A stretch of 63,332 nt of DNA, filler included, from Octopus bimaculoides (lineage: Eukaryota), in NCBI RefSeq assembly GCF_001194135.2. It is 3 parts of 3 records of this genome, joined end to end, with 100 filler letters (N's around TTAATTAATTAA, not from the genome) between each part and the next. Parts side by side here need not be neighbours in the genome. Positions count along the whole stretch, not along the records: positions 42,376 to 63,332 come from NC_068986.1; 2 more parts are not named here. The stretch is one strand, 5' to 3'. A program made the translations under genes and the position numbers. Shown piece by piece: positions 50,505 through 62,398 of the stretch; position 1 is the stretch's first letter; each line of letters starts with the position of its first letter. The notes beneath the pieces were generated by a model that was not told where the DNA came from, did not search any database, and was given only the letters and a program-made list of their open reading frames with translations.

Positions 50505-51146
50505 NNNNNNNNNNNNNNNNNNNNNNNNNNNNNNNNNNNNNNNNNNNNNNNNNNNNNNNNNNNNNNNNNNNNNNNNNNNNNNNNNNNNNNNNNNNNNNNN
50601 NNNNNNNNNNNNNNNNNNNNNNNNNNNNNNNNNNNNNNNNNNNNNNNNNNNNNNNNNNNNNNNNNNNNNNNNNNNNNNNNNNNNNNNNNNNNNNNNNNNN
50701 NNNNNNNNNNNNNNNNNNNNNNNNNNNNNNNNNNNNNNNNNNNNNNNNNNNNNNNNNNNNNNNNNNNNNNNNNNNNNNNNNNNNNNNNNNNNNNNNNNNN
50801 NNNNNNNNNNNNNNNNNNNNNNNNNNNNNNNNNNNNNNNNNNNNNNNNNNNNNNNNNNNNNNNNNNNNNNNNNNNNNNNNNNNNNNNNNNNNNNNNNNNN
50901 NNNNNNNNNNNNNNNNNNNNNNNNNNNNNNNNNNNNNNNNNNNNNNNNNNNNNNNNNNNNNNNNNNNNNNNNNNNNNNNNNNNNNNNNNNNNNNNNNNNN
51001 NNNNNNNNNNNNNNNNNNNNNNNNNNNNNNNNNNNNNNNNNNNNNNNNNNNNNNNNNNNNNNNNNNNNNNNNNNNNNNNNNNNNNNNNNNNNNNNNNNNN
51101 NNNNNNNNNNNNNNNNNNNNNNNNNNNNNNNNNNNNNNNNNNNNNN

Positions 51147-51197
<51 letters not shown>

Positions 51198-51981
51198 ATG
51201 TGTGTGTGTATGTGTGTGTATGTGTATATGTATGTATACCTGTATGTATGCATGCATGTATGTATGTATATATAGCTAAATCAGCATAAAACCTGCATAT
51301 TCGTTATATCCTTTTTCCATATAGAATCCATCCAGTTCCGCTTTTATATAATTTAGTTTATCATTTGCTGAGAAAATGGATTATGTATATATAATTTTAC
51401 ATACCCATTTATGCTAGAATAATAGATCAATGTCTAAGTGAAAAATCTTTACGTGGAAGTTCATTGACAACCTGTCTCACGGATATTGTTTTTTGTGTAT
51501 CCATTACACCTTAGATGATTATTATTATTAAATGTGTAATTAGAAGTATAATTTAATTCAAATTGCTTAATTATCTTCATGAAATATCTGGAAATTAGTA
51601 AAAAAAAAATTGACAATTAAACTATCAACAAATATTTGAATTTAAAGAATTCTTAGAAAAATTTATTCGCTTTTGAAAAATGTGCGACGAGTATCTTTTG
51701 ATGAATAACACTCACTTTTTATTATCATTGTTATTGTTATTTTTGTTATCCTTAGTATTGTTATTCCTATTCCTCTTAATGGCTCCGATTCTTTTAAAAG
51801 ATATAATTGTGAAGATTATATTTGTAAATTGTACGAAAATACAATAATGCTTGTGGGCGCGTCAAAAGCCCTTATTTAGTGCCAAGCCAAGCGGCGATAT
51901 TTTCGCAATATCACTGTGTAAATGACTGATTCAATCTATAGAAAACGCTAATAATAATAATAATAATAATAATAACAGCAG

Positions 51982-52012
<31 letters not shown>

Positions 52013-52962
52013 AATAATAATAATATAAAAAATCATTACCATTAATAACGTTAGTAGTATCAATATTAATAGTAGTAGTAGCAGGAAGAGAAGCAGTAGT
52101 AGTTATAGTATTCGTAGAATCTGTTCTTTGATTGTAATATAGTTTTTGTTTGTATCGTCTTGCAGTTGTTGCCGATATCCTAGAGAAGATTTGAGCAAAC
52201 CCTAATCAAATCATGTAGGAATTATTTCATCTTAAATGTGACTTTTTCTTGCTCAGCGAACAACAATAAAATAGCTTTCGTGTTTAGAGTATGAAAGGTA
52301 TTCTTTAAAATTTTTAGAAAACATTGAATATTTCATCTTCTAAATCTTGTTATCGCATCGTCGTCATCTTATATAATTTGGTTATCGTTTCATCACATCT
52401 TATATATTCCATTAGCATGTCTCTATGACATTACTATGAAATATTGCTGTTGTTCGCTATGAAATATTTAAAAACATTTTGTTGCCGTTTTTGTTGTGAT
52501 TCTTTGTTGTTTTGTTTTTGCATTTTTGCTTTATTCGCTTCATGATTTTAATTTTCTTTAATATTTCACAATTTTCATTTGTAATTTATTTTAAAATAAT
52601 TATTACATTACAAAAGAAGTCTCACCTTGAAGCAGCAATCAACAGTCACAGAAAAAATATGAGAGTACCTATATATGTATATATATGTATATGTATATAT
52701 ATACATGTATATATAAATATATGTTTATGTATGTATAAATATGTATATATATTTATATGCACACACACACACGTACTAACACACACACACACTAACACAC
52801 ACACATATATATGCATGCATATATACATTTATGTTTATATATATATATATGTTTATGTATATATACTTGCATGTATATATATGTACTTGTATGCATATAT
52901 CTAAACATATATTTAATTATATATTCATGCACACACACATACACATACACACATATATACGC

Positions 52963-53024
<62 letters not shown>

Positions 53025-53941
53025 TCTGCATGTATACATATACATGCGTATATATGTATATGTGTATATATTGAGACACTCTCACACACGTACACACACA
53101 GAGAAAATGTATCAAATGAACCCATGACATATCTCGTATTGGCCTTGGGGGAATTTTTTCTGATAAAAGATTCCCACACTTATAAGGCGAGGAGATAAAC
53201 GACATTGTGTGATCGAATAAAATCATGTGACGTTCTTTTTTCCACAACAGCCACGTAATGTGACACTATTTCTTAGATACGTCAACATGGCCGCCACCAA
53301 AACTGATCGCCATCACCAAATAGTATTAAAACATTGAACTGTAAATATGAAATTGTTGCAAAAGCGAGAAAACCGTTGAGTTGTTTTTAATAAATCTTCA
53401 TAACATGTTTTATTTTCGAGCCTTTTCTTCTTATTGTACTTTCTACTTCTTTTCTACATGTTTGCTTTACGTGTTCCGTTGTTGTTGTTGTTATTATTAT
53501 TATTGTTGTTATTATTATCATTATTATTCTTCTTCTTGATGGCGGAGGTGATAGTTGTGTGTCGCTGCTGTTAGTGATGTTGTCTCCTTTGCTTCTCTTT
53601 TGATTTCATAATTGAATAATTCGAATAAAATTTCATTACATCATAATGAATGTAACTTTTGATCGGATTAAAACCAACAGCCATCAGATATACAGCAAAA
53701 GTAGTGAGTAATTTGTTTGAATTTCTCACATAATACTATACATATTAGATCATCAGGTGATAAAATAGTGCTTTTTATTTCGCATCTGCTTTTTTTTCCA
53801 GCTAACTTTCTTCCGTTGTTTTCACATATATTTTTCTTTTTTGATTCTGAAGCAGATCTCAGTATGCAGGGCCGTCAGCTATTTACGAGATGTAACGAAA
53901 TATCTTGAGATTATTTGCAAAGAATAATAATCGACAAGGAA

Positions 53942-54003
<62 letters not shown>

Positions 54004-54034
54004 AACTACTACTACTACTACTTTTTTAAAACAT

Positions 54035-54175
54035 AGGCACAAGGTCACCTGTTATGGAGGAGTGTAATAACGATCAAATCGACGCCATTACATATTGAAT
54101 ATCTTATTTTAGCGACACTGTAAGAATGAAAACCAAGTTTACTTCGTCAGGATTTGAACTCGGAATTTAAAGGTA
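54035..54175 (-). mobile_element. SINE family A, degenerate; a further fragment lies at about 54441-54560
   Basis: GGCACAAGG...TTATTTTAGCGAC...GAATGAAA...GGATTTGAACTCGGAA. Confidence 0.6.
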
Positions 54176-54944
54176 CGCAGATAAGTCGTATACACCATAT
54201 AGTCTGGTTCTTTTCCTATTTGGCCTATACAGTAACTTACATCAGAATAAAAGTGAAATATAGTATAGGCACTACGTACGAATGTTGGAGGAGGCTTTAA
54301 TCAATCGTAACGATACAAATATATGATTAGTTATTAGAAACATTTATAGATATTATGCAAATCATTTGTGTGGTTGTTCAGCAAGATATTACGGAACTCT
54401 CATCCGTCGTTAACGACACAGAGTTCATAATAATATGACTAATACTTACCGAAACAACTGTGGAATGGCGAAAGTCGGAGAACCAGAATGGCGAAAGTGT
54501 CGGAATGACGAAAGGCAGAATAGAACTCAGAACGTAAAATGACGGAACAAATGCATTTACCCTCGTTTATCAAGGAGATTCGGTGGTGAATCAGTGCTAA
54601 ATGAAAGAAGACATGGGATAAATCAGGTTGTTTAGAAACCACGCGTTATCCTCCTAACACCCAAATAACACCTTCAAACAGATATTAAACACACATGATG
54701 ATATAGTTTCATGGTTGGAATATTTAGAGAAAAATTTAATTACACGTGATCAGTATATAATAAAAAAAGTTACTAGAAAATATCACCGACTCGTATTATC
54801 ACTGATCGACCGTGATAAGCGTAACATGGTTAACAACTGAACGTGCCGTGTTATCCGGGATGAGTGATAAACGAAGCTAGATGTTGTGCAAAATATTTTT
54901 TCCAATCCAGTTCTCTCTTCTCAATAATAATTATTCTTTTTGAT

Positions 54945-55052
54945 ATAAGCACAACTTAGAGGTTGGTGTCTGTCGATTACATCGACCCCAGTATTTAACT
55001 GGTACATTATTTTATCGATCCCAGAATAATGAAAGGCAAACGTGGCCTCGTT
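54945..55052 (-). mobile_element. SINE family A, 3' half
   Basis: GTCGATTACATCGACCCCAGTATTTAACTGGTAC.TTATTTTATCGATCCC...GAAAGGCAAA. Confidence 0.8.
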
Positions 55053-55081
55053 GTAGTAGTAGTTGTAATAGTAGTAGAAGT

Positions 55082-55163
55082 CTTGCTCAAGGACACAACA
55101 TGCCGCCAGGATTCGAACTCACACAATTTGCGATCGTGAGCCGAATATACTAGCCACTTAGCC
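55082..55163 (-). mobile_element. SINE head (family D-like), tRNA-like region only
   Basis: CTTGCTCAAGGACACAAC...GGATTCGAACTC...GATCGTGAGCCGAA...TAGCCACTTAGCC is the reverse complement of a box A/box B head. Confidence 0.7.
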
Positions 55164-55169
55164 TTCATT

Positions 55170-55482
55170 TATTGGTTAGAGTTTTCGGCTTACGATCCTA
55201 AGGTTGGGAGTTCGATTCCCGGCGGCGCGTTGTGTTTTTGAGGAACATACTTCATTTCACGTTGCTTCAGTTCACTCAGCTGGCAAAGGTGAAATGTGTC
55301 TATAATTGAAAGGGCCATTCTTGTCACACATTCTGCGCCGCACAGAATCTCACTCATAACTACGTTAGAGGTACGTGTGTCTGTGGAGTACTCAGCCACT
55401 TGCATGTTAATTTCATAAGCAGGATGTTCCGTTGATCGGATTAAATAAAACGCTCGTTGTCATAACCGACCGAGTTTCCAGC
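55170..55482 (+). mobile_element. tRNA-derived SINE, family D (diverged)
   Basis: Box B GAGTTCGATTCC; body CTTGTCACAC...CTACGTTA.AGGTAC.CGTGTCTGTGGAGT.CTCAGCCACTTGCA.GTTAATTTCA matches the reverse complement of 36619-36790. Confidence 0.85.
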
Positions 55483-55492
55483 CAGCAAGCCA

Positions 55493-55701
55493 GTGGTAGT
55501 AGCAGTAATAGTAGTAGTAGTAGTAGCAGTAGTAGTAGTAGCAGTAGTAGTAGCAGCAGTAGTAGTAGCAGCAGTAGTGGTAGTAGCAGCAGTAGTAGTA
55601 GCAGCAGTAGTAGTAGTAGTAGCAGTAGTAGTAGCAGTAGTAGCAGTAGTAGTAGTAGTAGCAGTAGTAGTAGCAGCAGCAGTAGTAGTAGTAGTAGTAG
55701 T

Positions 55702-55745
<44 letters not shown>

Positions 55746-55805
55746 TAGTAATAGTGGTGGTAGTGGTGTTAGTAGTAGTGCTGGTGATTGTAGGGTGGTG
55801 GTGAT
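55493..55805. repeat. (AGT/AGC)n compound trinucleotide repeat
   Basis: Read directly; source of the poly-Ser/Leu/Val ORFs. Confidence 0.95.
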
Positions 55806-55894
55806 AGTGATGTTTTCCAGCTCCATGTAAACCTTAATCAATTAAACATTTAATGAATAGTATTCCAATCGTGGCTATCACATCTCTGACCCAT

Positions 55895-56030
55895 GTCTAA
55901 CTTAAAGGTTCGGCGAAAAAGACTGATAGAATATATACTAGGCTTAAAAAGAAAACAGGTTGATTCATCGGGCTAAAATTTCTTCGAAGCAACGCCCCAG
56001 CATGACTGTAGCCTAATAAATGAAACAAAA
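55895..56030 (+). mobile_element. SINE-like repeat, family C (degenerate)
   Basis: GGTTCGGCGAAAAAGACTGATAGAAT.T.TACTAGGCTT...CCCCAGCATG.C.GTAG. Confidence 0.6.
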
Positions 56031-56059
56031 GATGCAATGGAAAATACATGCATTCATTC

Positions 56060-56795
56060 ATAGTAAAAACCTCAATAGATATAACAGACCTGACATAGTG
56101 ATTTGGGACAGAGAAGACAAATTGAATACATTAGTAGAAATCAACTACGCAGCGGATGTCACCATAAAACTAGAGATCAGCGACAGAGAAAATATCGACG
56201 CTGACCTATTAAGAAATATACTGTTATTCTACCTAGATTAAGAAATATACTGTTATTCTACCTAGATTAAGAAATATACTGTTATTCTACCTAGATTAAG
56301 AAATATACTGTTATTCTACCTAGATTAAGAAATATACTGTTATTCTACCGAGATTAAGAAATATACTGTTATTCTACCTAGATTAAGAAATATACTGTTA
56401 TTCTACCTAGATTGCAAGTTCAGGTTTATACCTGTAATTATTGAGGCAGTGAGATGTATAACACGCTACCTAAGTACGAATCTTGAGAAATTAGGCCTCT
56501 CAAAATCAGAAAGGACGAAGCTGATTCGAAGACTACAGATCCAATCCATCACTGGAACTGTAAAAGTTCCCAAAATTTACCAGAAATTTATCATTTAAGT
56601 ATATATGAGAATGTCTAGATGTGCAAGTATATGCATGAGAAGACATACATAAAACAAAACATGCAAATCTGAACATGTACAGACTCAAAATACTGCACAT
56701 ATACACACCTATATGCAAAAATACCCTGTTGTGTTGGATCTAGGTTAGAAACCGGTTCTTTCCGTATTGCCAAGAAATTTTGAAATGCAACTGTG
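56060..56795 (+). mobile_element. R4/Dong-like RLE element, family 1, 3' copy containing a 29-bp tandem array
   Basis: YNRPDIVIWDREDKLNTLVEINYAADVTIKLEISDREN...; 3' UTR ...GGATCTAGGTTAGAAACCGGTTCTTTC is the reverse complement of 47150-47185. Confidence 0.88.
56208..56410 (+). repeat. 7 x 29-bp tandem repeat ATTAAGAAATATACTGTTATTCTACCTAG
   Basis: Units start at 56208, 56237, 56266, 56295, 56324 (one T>G), 56353 and 56382. Confidence 0.97.
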
Positions 56796-57594
56796 TAGTA
56801 TGTATATATACATGTGTGTGTTTGTGTGTGTGTTATGTGTGTGTGTGCGTGCGTGCGTATTCGTATATGTGTGTACATATATTCATATATACGTATACAT
56901 ATATGTATTCAAAAGCTAAACACTAGTCATAATTTTGCTCAGGAATTCCCATAACATGTAACTATATTATTTTCGTAATATTAATCTTGATTAAATTTAA
57001 TTTACTCTGGAGAATTTCTGCAGTTTGTGATGTCTGATATTTGGATATCGCTTATGTTTACTATTGTGACTTAACATTGTGGACTATCTAGTTTTAATCT
57101 GACAATAAACCGTCCAATGAGACTACAAATGGAATGATTTTTATTTCATAATTATTTATGCACACTCTTTAAATCATTGTCCAACTCTATATATGTCCGA
57201 ATTTTATGGGTTCCAATTTTATGTATCAATTTTTTTTTGCCATGTGTGTATCATATTAAACGTATACAAACCGTTAGAAGGCAAGTCGCTGTGGAGTTGT
57301 TTGAGATAGATTAACTTCCTAGACTTTAAAACACGATATACATCGGGACGAGACCAATGTTTAGGTTACAGTGTCTCACGAGGACAACAGATTCGTTTCA
57401 CCTTTTTGTCAATCAATGTCTTGCACCCAATTGTCACTTAAATGAAATTTGTGTTTCGCTATATCGAAAACAATTTCCTTTACATGCGTTAGTTTTGTTT
57501 CTTGAAGTCTTCCTTTCATTCTACTGTAATGATAGAGTTCATTCTCTCTCAGTTGCCATGTTCTCCCCTGTTGTCTCAAAAATTTAGAGCGTTA

Positions 57595-57770
57595 CAAGAA
57601 TTTTGGCACAAAGGCCGAACGCTCGATGGAAGGGGTAGATGGCCCAGTATTCAACTGGTACATAATTCCTCGATTCCTGTAGGATGAAAGACAAAGTCGA
57701 CCTCGGGGTAAATACGGATGAAATGTCGCTAGGCATTTTGCCAGAGTGTTAACGATTCTGTCAGCTCGCA
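57595..57770 (-). mobile_element. SINE family A, diverged
   Basis: CCCAGTATTCAACTGGTAC...GGATGAAAGACAAAGTCGACCTCGG...GTGTTAACGATTCTGTCAGCTCGC. Confidence 0.8.
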
Positions 57771-57811
57771 ATAAAAATAATGATGATAATATTAACAACA
57801 ACAACAACAAT

Positions 57812-57864
<53 letters not shown>

Positions 57865-57894
57865 AAACAACAACAACAACAACAACAACAACAA

Positions 57895-58028
57895 TCCTTT
57901 TCTACTGGAGGCACATGGCCTCAAAAAGTCGATTACATCGGCCCCAGTGTTTCACTGGTACTTAGTTTCACTGGTACTTAGTTTCACTGGTACTTAGTTT
58001 CACTGGTACTTAGTTTTACTGGTACTTT
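57895..58028 (-). mobile_element. SINE family A 3' fragment ending in a 5 x 16-bp array (GTTTCACTGGTACTTA, 57949-58028)
   Basis: AAGTCGATTACATCGGCCCCAGT, then five 16-bp units abutting the Dong-like element. Confidence 0.8.
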
Positions 58029-58670
58029 TTGCAAAACCTGGACCTGCCACAGGATAAAAACCGGTGGGAACACAAACCACCTCCAGTGCTTGAAAATGAT
58101 CACATCTCCCTCCTCTGGAACTTCACCATTGAAACTGACAGAAAGATAGATGCGAATAGGCCAGACATCATACTGAAAGACTTCAGACACAAAACCTGCC
58201 TCCTCATCGATATGACTGTCCCAATCCCACATAAATGTATCTGTCAAGACCTACGAAAAGCTGAGCAAATATAAAGATCTTGAAATAGAAATGAGCAAAA
58301 TGTGGAATCTGAAGACTAAAACAATACCTATTGTCAAAGGTGCCCTGGGAATGACAGCGAAACGGGCTGATTACTACCTAGCTCAGATACCAGGAATCCC
58401 CAAAATGGCTGAAGTTCAAAAGATAGTGCTCATGGGAACTGCCCATATCCTACGTAAAATACTGTCTATGTGATCTCAAATTCTAAAACAAACACATAAT
58501 TTTCTTATGGTTTCTTAAACATTCTCTAGAACAACACTATGTACAAATCGAAATATATGGTACCCTAGGCATAACACCTACATGAACTTCTAACTTGTTG
58601 TCTCTTGAGGTCTCTGGGTGAGACTTGGATCCAACTTGTACAAGTACACATCAAAAGCCAAATATATAAC
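58029..58670 (+). mobile_element. R4/Dong-like RLE element, family 2, 5'-truncated 3' end with (AAC)n/(AAT)n tail (58670-58791)
   Basis: WEHKPPPVLENDHISLLWNFTIETDRKIDANRPDIILKD..CLLIDMTVP...KYKDLEIEMSKMW..IPIV.GALG...VQKIVLMGTAHILRKILSM*. Confidence 0.9.
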
Positions 58671-58703
58671 AACATCATCAACAACAACAACAACAACAAC
58701 AGC

Positions 58704-58748
<45 letters not shown>

Positions 58749-58758
58749 AATAATAATG

Positions 58759-58791
<33 letters not shown>

Positions 58792-59290
58792 GAGATTCCG
58801 TTCCTGGAACCGGAAACGGAGGCTCTAATCTGTGCTGCCTAAGAGCAAGCAATAAGAACAAACTACGTAAAATACAGAATAGACAACACAACAAAAAGCG
58901 ATAGGTGCTGAATCTGTGGACAAAACGGTGAAACTGTATGGCATATTACCAACCAATGTACGCCACTAACCCAGAAGGATTATAAGAGACGCCACGACAA
59001 TATAGCCAGGCTTGTCTATTGGCTACTTTGCAACAAGTATGGACTTGAGAGAGCAAAAAATCGGTACGACCACAAACCTGAAAGAATCGTCGAAAATAGA
59101 AATGCAAAGATCCTATGGGATTTCATGATTCAGTGCGACCATGAAAGAGAGAAAGAAAACAAACAATGCTGGATCATAGACATAGCATGCCCAGATGACA
59201 ACAAGGTATGCGATAAGGAAGAAAGAAAAGTCGAGAAATATGACAGGTTAGCTTGGGAAGTTAAGCAGTTGTGGTCGATGAAAAAGTAGC
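58792..59290 (+). mobile_element. R4/Dong-like RLE element, family 3 fragment (CCHC + partial RLE)
   Basis: EPETEALICAA*EQAIRTNY...DRC*ICGQNGETVWHITNQC...YKRRHDNIA...ILWDFMIQCDH[RPD segment missing]KQCWIIDIACP...KVEKY...WEVKQLWSMKKV. Confidence 0.85.
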
Positions 59291-60918
59291 CGATGGAACC
59301 CTGCTTACTGAGAAGAGCGACATCATACAGTGCTGGAGGGAACACTTCAGTCAGCTGCTAAACAGACCTTCCCAGATTGACCAGTAGGCCATCCAAGACA
59401 TGTCACAGCGCCTAGTCCTGGTGTTACTTGATGACCCTCTAACACTGGCAAAAATCCAGAAGGCCATCAAGCAACTACATGTGGCTGAAGCACCTGGTCA
59501 TGACGGAATACCCCCAGAGATCTTCAAAGACGGAGGTGAAGCTGTTGTCATCAAGTTGACTGAGCTGATACACAAGTTCTGGGACGAAGGGTCAGTGCCG
59601 CAGGACTTCAAGGATGCCAACATCGTGCATCTGTACAAGAACAAGGGAAGCAGAGCTTCATGTGACAACCACAGAGGCATTTCATTGCTGAGCATCGCAG
59701 GAAAGATCATGGCCCGTGTTTTTCTGAACCGTATCACACACCGCTTGCTGGGCGACGTGGTCTCAGAGAGCCAGTGTGGATTTAGAAACACCAGGGGGAT
59801 AATAGACACGGTCTTTGCAGTATGGCAGTACATCTTCTTCGTGGACCTGACAAAGGCTTTTGACACTGTCAGCCGAGAGGGCCTGTGGGATATCTTGTCC
59901 AAGCTAGGCTGCCCACCAAAGCTCGTCAGGATCATCCAGTCATTTCATGATGGCATGATGGCTCGCATCGTGGAAAACGGAGATGTCTCTGATCCATTCC
60001 CGGTCTCCAAGGGCATGAAGCAAGGCTGCGTGATGGCTCCCACACTCTCCAGCCTCATGTTTGCCACCATGCACTTCCGCGCCCTGTCAGAGTCTGATGC
60101 TGGTGTCACTATTCGCTACAGATGTGACGGCCGATTCTTTGACCTCAGACGTCTGAAAGTAAAAACCAAAGTCCTGGACGCCCTAGTGAGAGACTTCTTG
60201 TTTGCAGACGATTGTGCGCTTGCAGCATTGAATGAACCAGACCTGCAAGAACTTGTCACTTGTCCCGCAGAGGCAGCAAAAGCCTTCGGACTGACCATTA
60301 GCCTTCGGACTGACCATTAGCCTTCGAAAAACTGAAGTGATGCTTCAGCCTGGACCTGGCCTGACACCTGGGCCTCAGATTGAGATTGAGGGCAGAACTC
60401 TGAACAACGTGGAGAGCTTTACATACATGGGAAGCTGCCTGTCATCAAACTGCAGAATGGACAAAGATGTCTCCATGAGGTTTGTAAAAGCAGGAGCTTC
60501 GTTTAGCAGACTTGTGGACACGTGTGTGGACCGAACGAGGCATCAGACTTTCCACCAAGCTGGCAGTCTATGGGGCAGTCGTCATCATCTCTCTGCTGTA
60601 CGGCTGTGGGATGTGGACGCTGTATAGGAGGCAAATGCGAGTACTTGACCAGTTCCACCTCCGCTGCTTGCGACAAATCATGGGAATTTCATGGGAGGAC
60701 AGAGTCTCCAACACTGAGGTGCTTCACAGAGCCGAAATGCCCAGAATCGAAGCCGTCATCATGATGTCCCAGCTCCGATGGGTCGGACATGTAGTCCGAA
60801 TGGACGACGCGCGTCTACCAAAGTTGATCTTCTTCTCTGAGCTGGCGCCTGGAGCGAGAAACCCTGAAAGGCTACTGAAGCGAGACAAGGACAGCCTGGA
60901 AACTTCCCTTGAGGCCTG
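59291..60918 (+). mobile_element. RTE-clade LINE, 5'-truncated, RT domain (pseudogene); 3' end lost in the gap
   Basis: APGHDGIPPE, NHRGISLL, ESQCGFR, FVDLTKAFDTV, KQGCVMAP, LFADD, ESFTYMG, LRWVGHVVRM. A short deletion follows VFAVWQ, and a 19-bp tandem duplication GCCTTCGGACTGACCATTA (60282-60319) causes a frameshift. Confidence 0.95.
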
Positions 60919-61274
60919 NNNNNNNNNNNNNNNNNNNNNNNNNNNNNNNNNNNNNNNNNNNNNNNNNNNNNNNNNNNNNNNNNNNNNNNNNNNNNNNNNN
61001 NNNNNNNNNNNNNNNNNNNNNNNNNNNNNNNNNNNNNNNNNNNNNNNNNNNNNNNNNNNNNNNNNNNNNNNNNNNNNNNNNNNNNNNNNNNNNNNNNNNN
61101 NNNNNNNNNNNNNNNNNNNNNNNNNNNNNNNNNNNNNNNNNNNNNNNNNNNNNNNNNNNNNNNNNNNNNNNNNNNNNNNNNNNNNNNNNNNNNNNNNNNN
61201 NNNNNNNNNNNNNNNNNNNNNNNNNNNNNNNNTGTATGTATGTATGTATGTATGTATGTATGTATGTATGTATG

Positions 61275-61309
<35 letters not shown>

Positions 61310-61374
61310 ATATATATATATATATATATCACTATATATATATATAATATGAATGTATATGTAAGTTTGCGTAC

Positions 61375-61530
61375 CTCATCCACCGCTTGACAATTGAAGT
61401 TGGTTTCTTTACATCCTTCTAACTTAGTAGTTGTACAAACAAAGACGGATAGAATAAGTACCGGGCTTTAAAAGATGCCTAATTACTGGAGCATGGCCGC
61501 AATCCAGTGACTGGAACAAGTAAAGGTACA
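61375..61530 (+). mobile_element. SINE-like repeat, family C (degenerate)
   Basis: CACCGCTTGACAA...GATAGAATAAGTAC...GGAGCATGGCCGCA.TCCAGTGACTG. Confidence 0.55.
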
Positions 61531-61784
61531 GGAAGCAAATCAATAGCCTCAACGAATCGTCTTCGGTTTGATAGGGTTTTTACTGCGAACCATTGGTGTA
61601 TGATGATTGCTTTTGGTCAGGGAGCTCTGAGTAATGAGTATTGAGTTCTTTCCAACTTGCTCTTAGGATTATTTCGCATGTACAATGCATGCAAATAATC
61701 TGTGACTATATATGCATGCATATATACATGCGTCTATAGTCTGAGATTGTTTTCAAGCAAGTCTACAGATGCATACATACATAC

Positions 61785-61830
<46 letters not shown>

Positions 61831-62156
61831 TCATAAAAAGAAATATGTATATGTGTGTGCACAGAAACGCTCACACGCGCACACATGCACACATGCACAG
61901 ACTTGCAGTTAGGCTTGCACAAACATCAACGGAAATTAGTTGAACGCAAGTAAAAAGCTAAACAGCATTAATGAAAGCGTTGTGACATGGTTAATATGGT
62001 ATGGCCTGCTAGTATATGAAACGCCTGCCTCATTAGAGAACTTACCTATTATCATAGCTGAAAGCGTAAACATTGGCAAAAGAAATGTAACAAAAATAAA
62101 AGAAACAAAACAAAATCTGAACAATCGACAAAACAAAACATGATATTTCATCTCTC

Positions 62157-62194
<38 letters not shown>

Positions 62195-62362
62195 AGTGTG
62201 CGTATACATATATACACACACACACACACACTCATACACACACATATTATATATATAGGTACATATGTACATGCACATATATTTATGTATGTATATGGAT
62301 GTATATATATGTGTGTGTGTGTATGTGTGTGTGCATATATATACATACATACGTATTTATGC

Positions 62363-62396
<34 letters not shown>

Positions 62397-62398
<2 letters not shown>

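Noticed and set aside
53150-53340. Promoter-like motifs (TCATGTGAC E-box, CAACATGGCCGCC YY1-like)
   Set aside because: Short motifs with no associated exon; cannot be supported from sequence alone.
56208-56410. Short regular repeats as a possible CRISPR array (also 57949-58028)
   Set aside because: No spacers, eukaryotic context, and the units derive from adjacent retroelement sequence.
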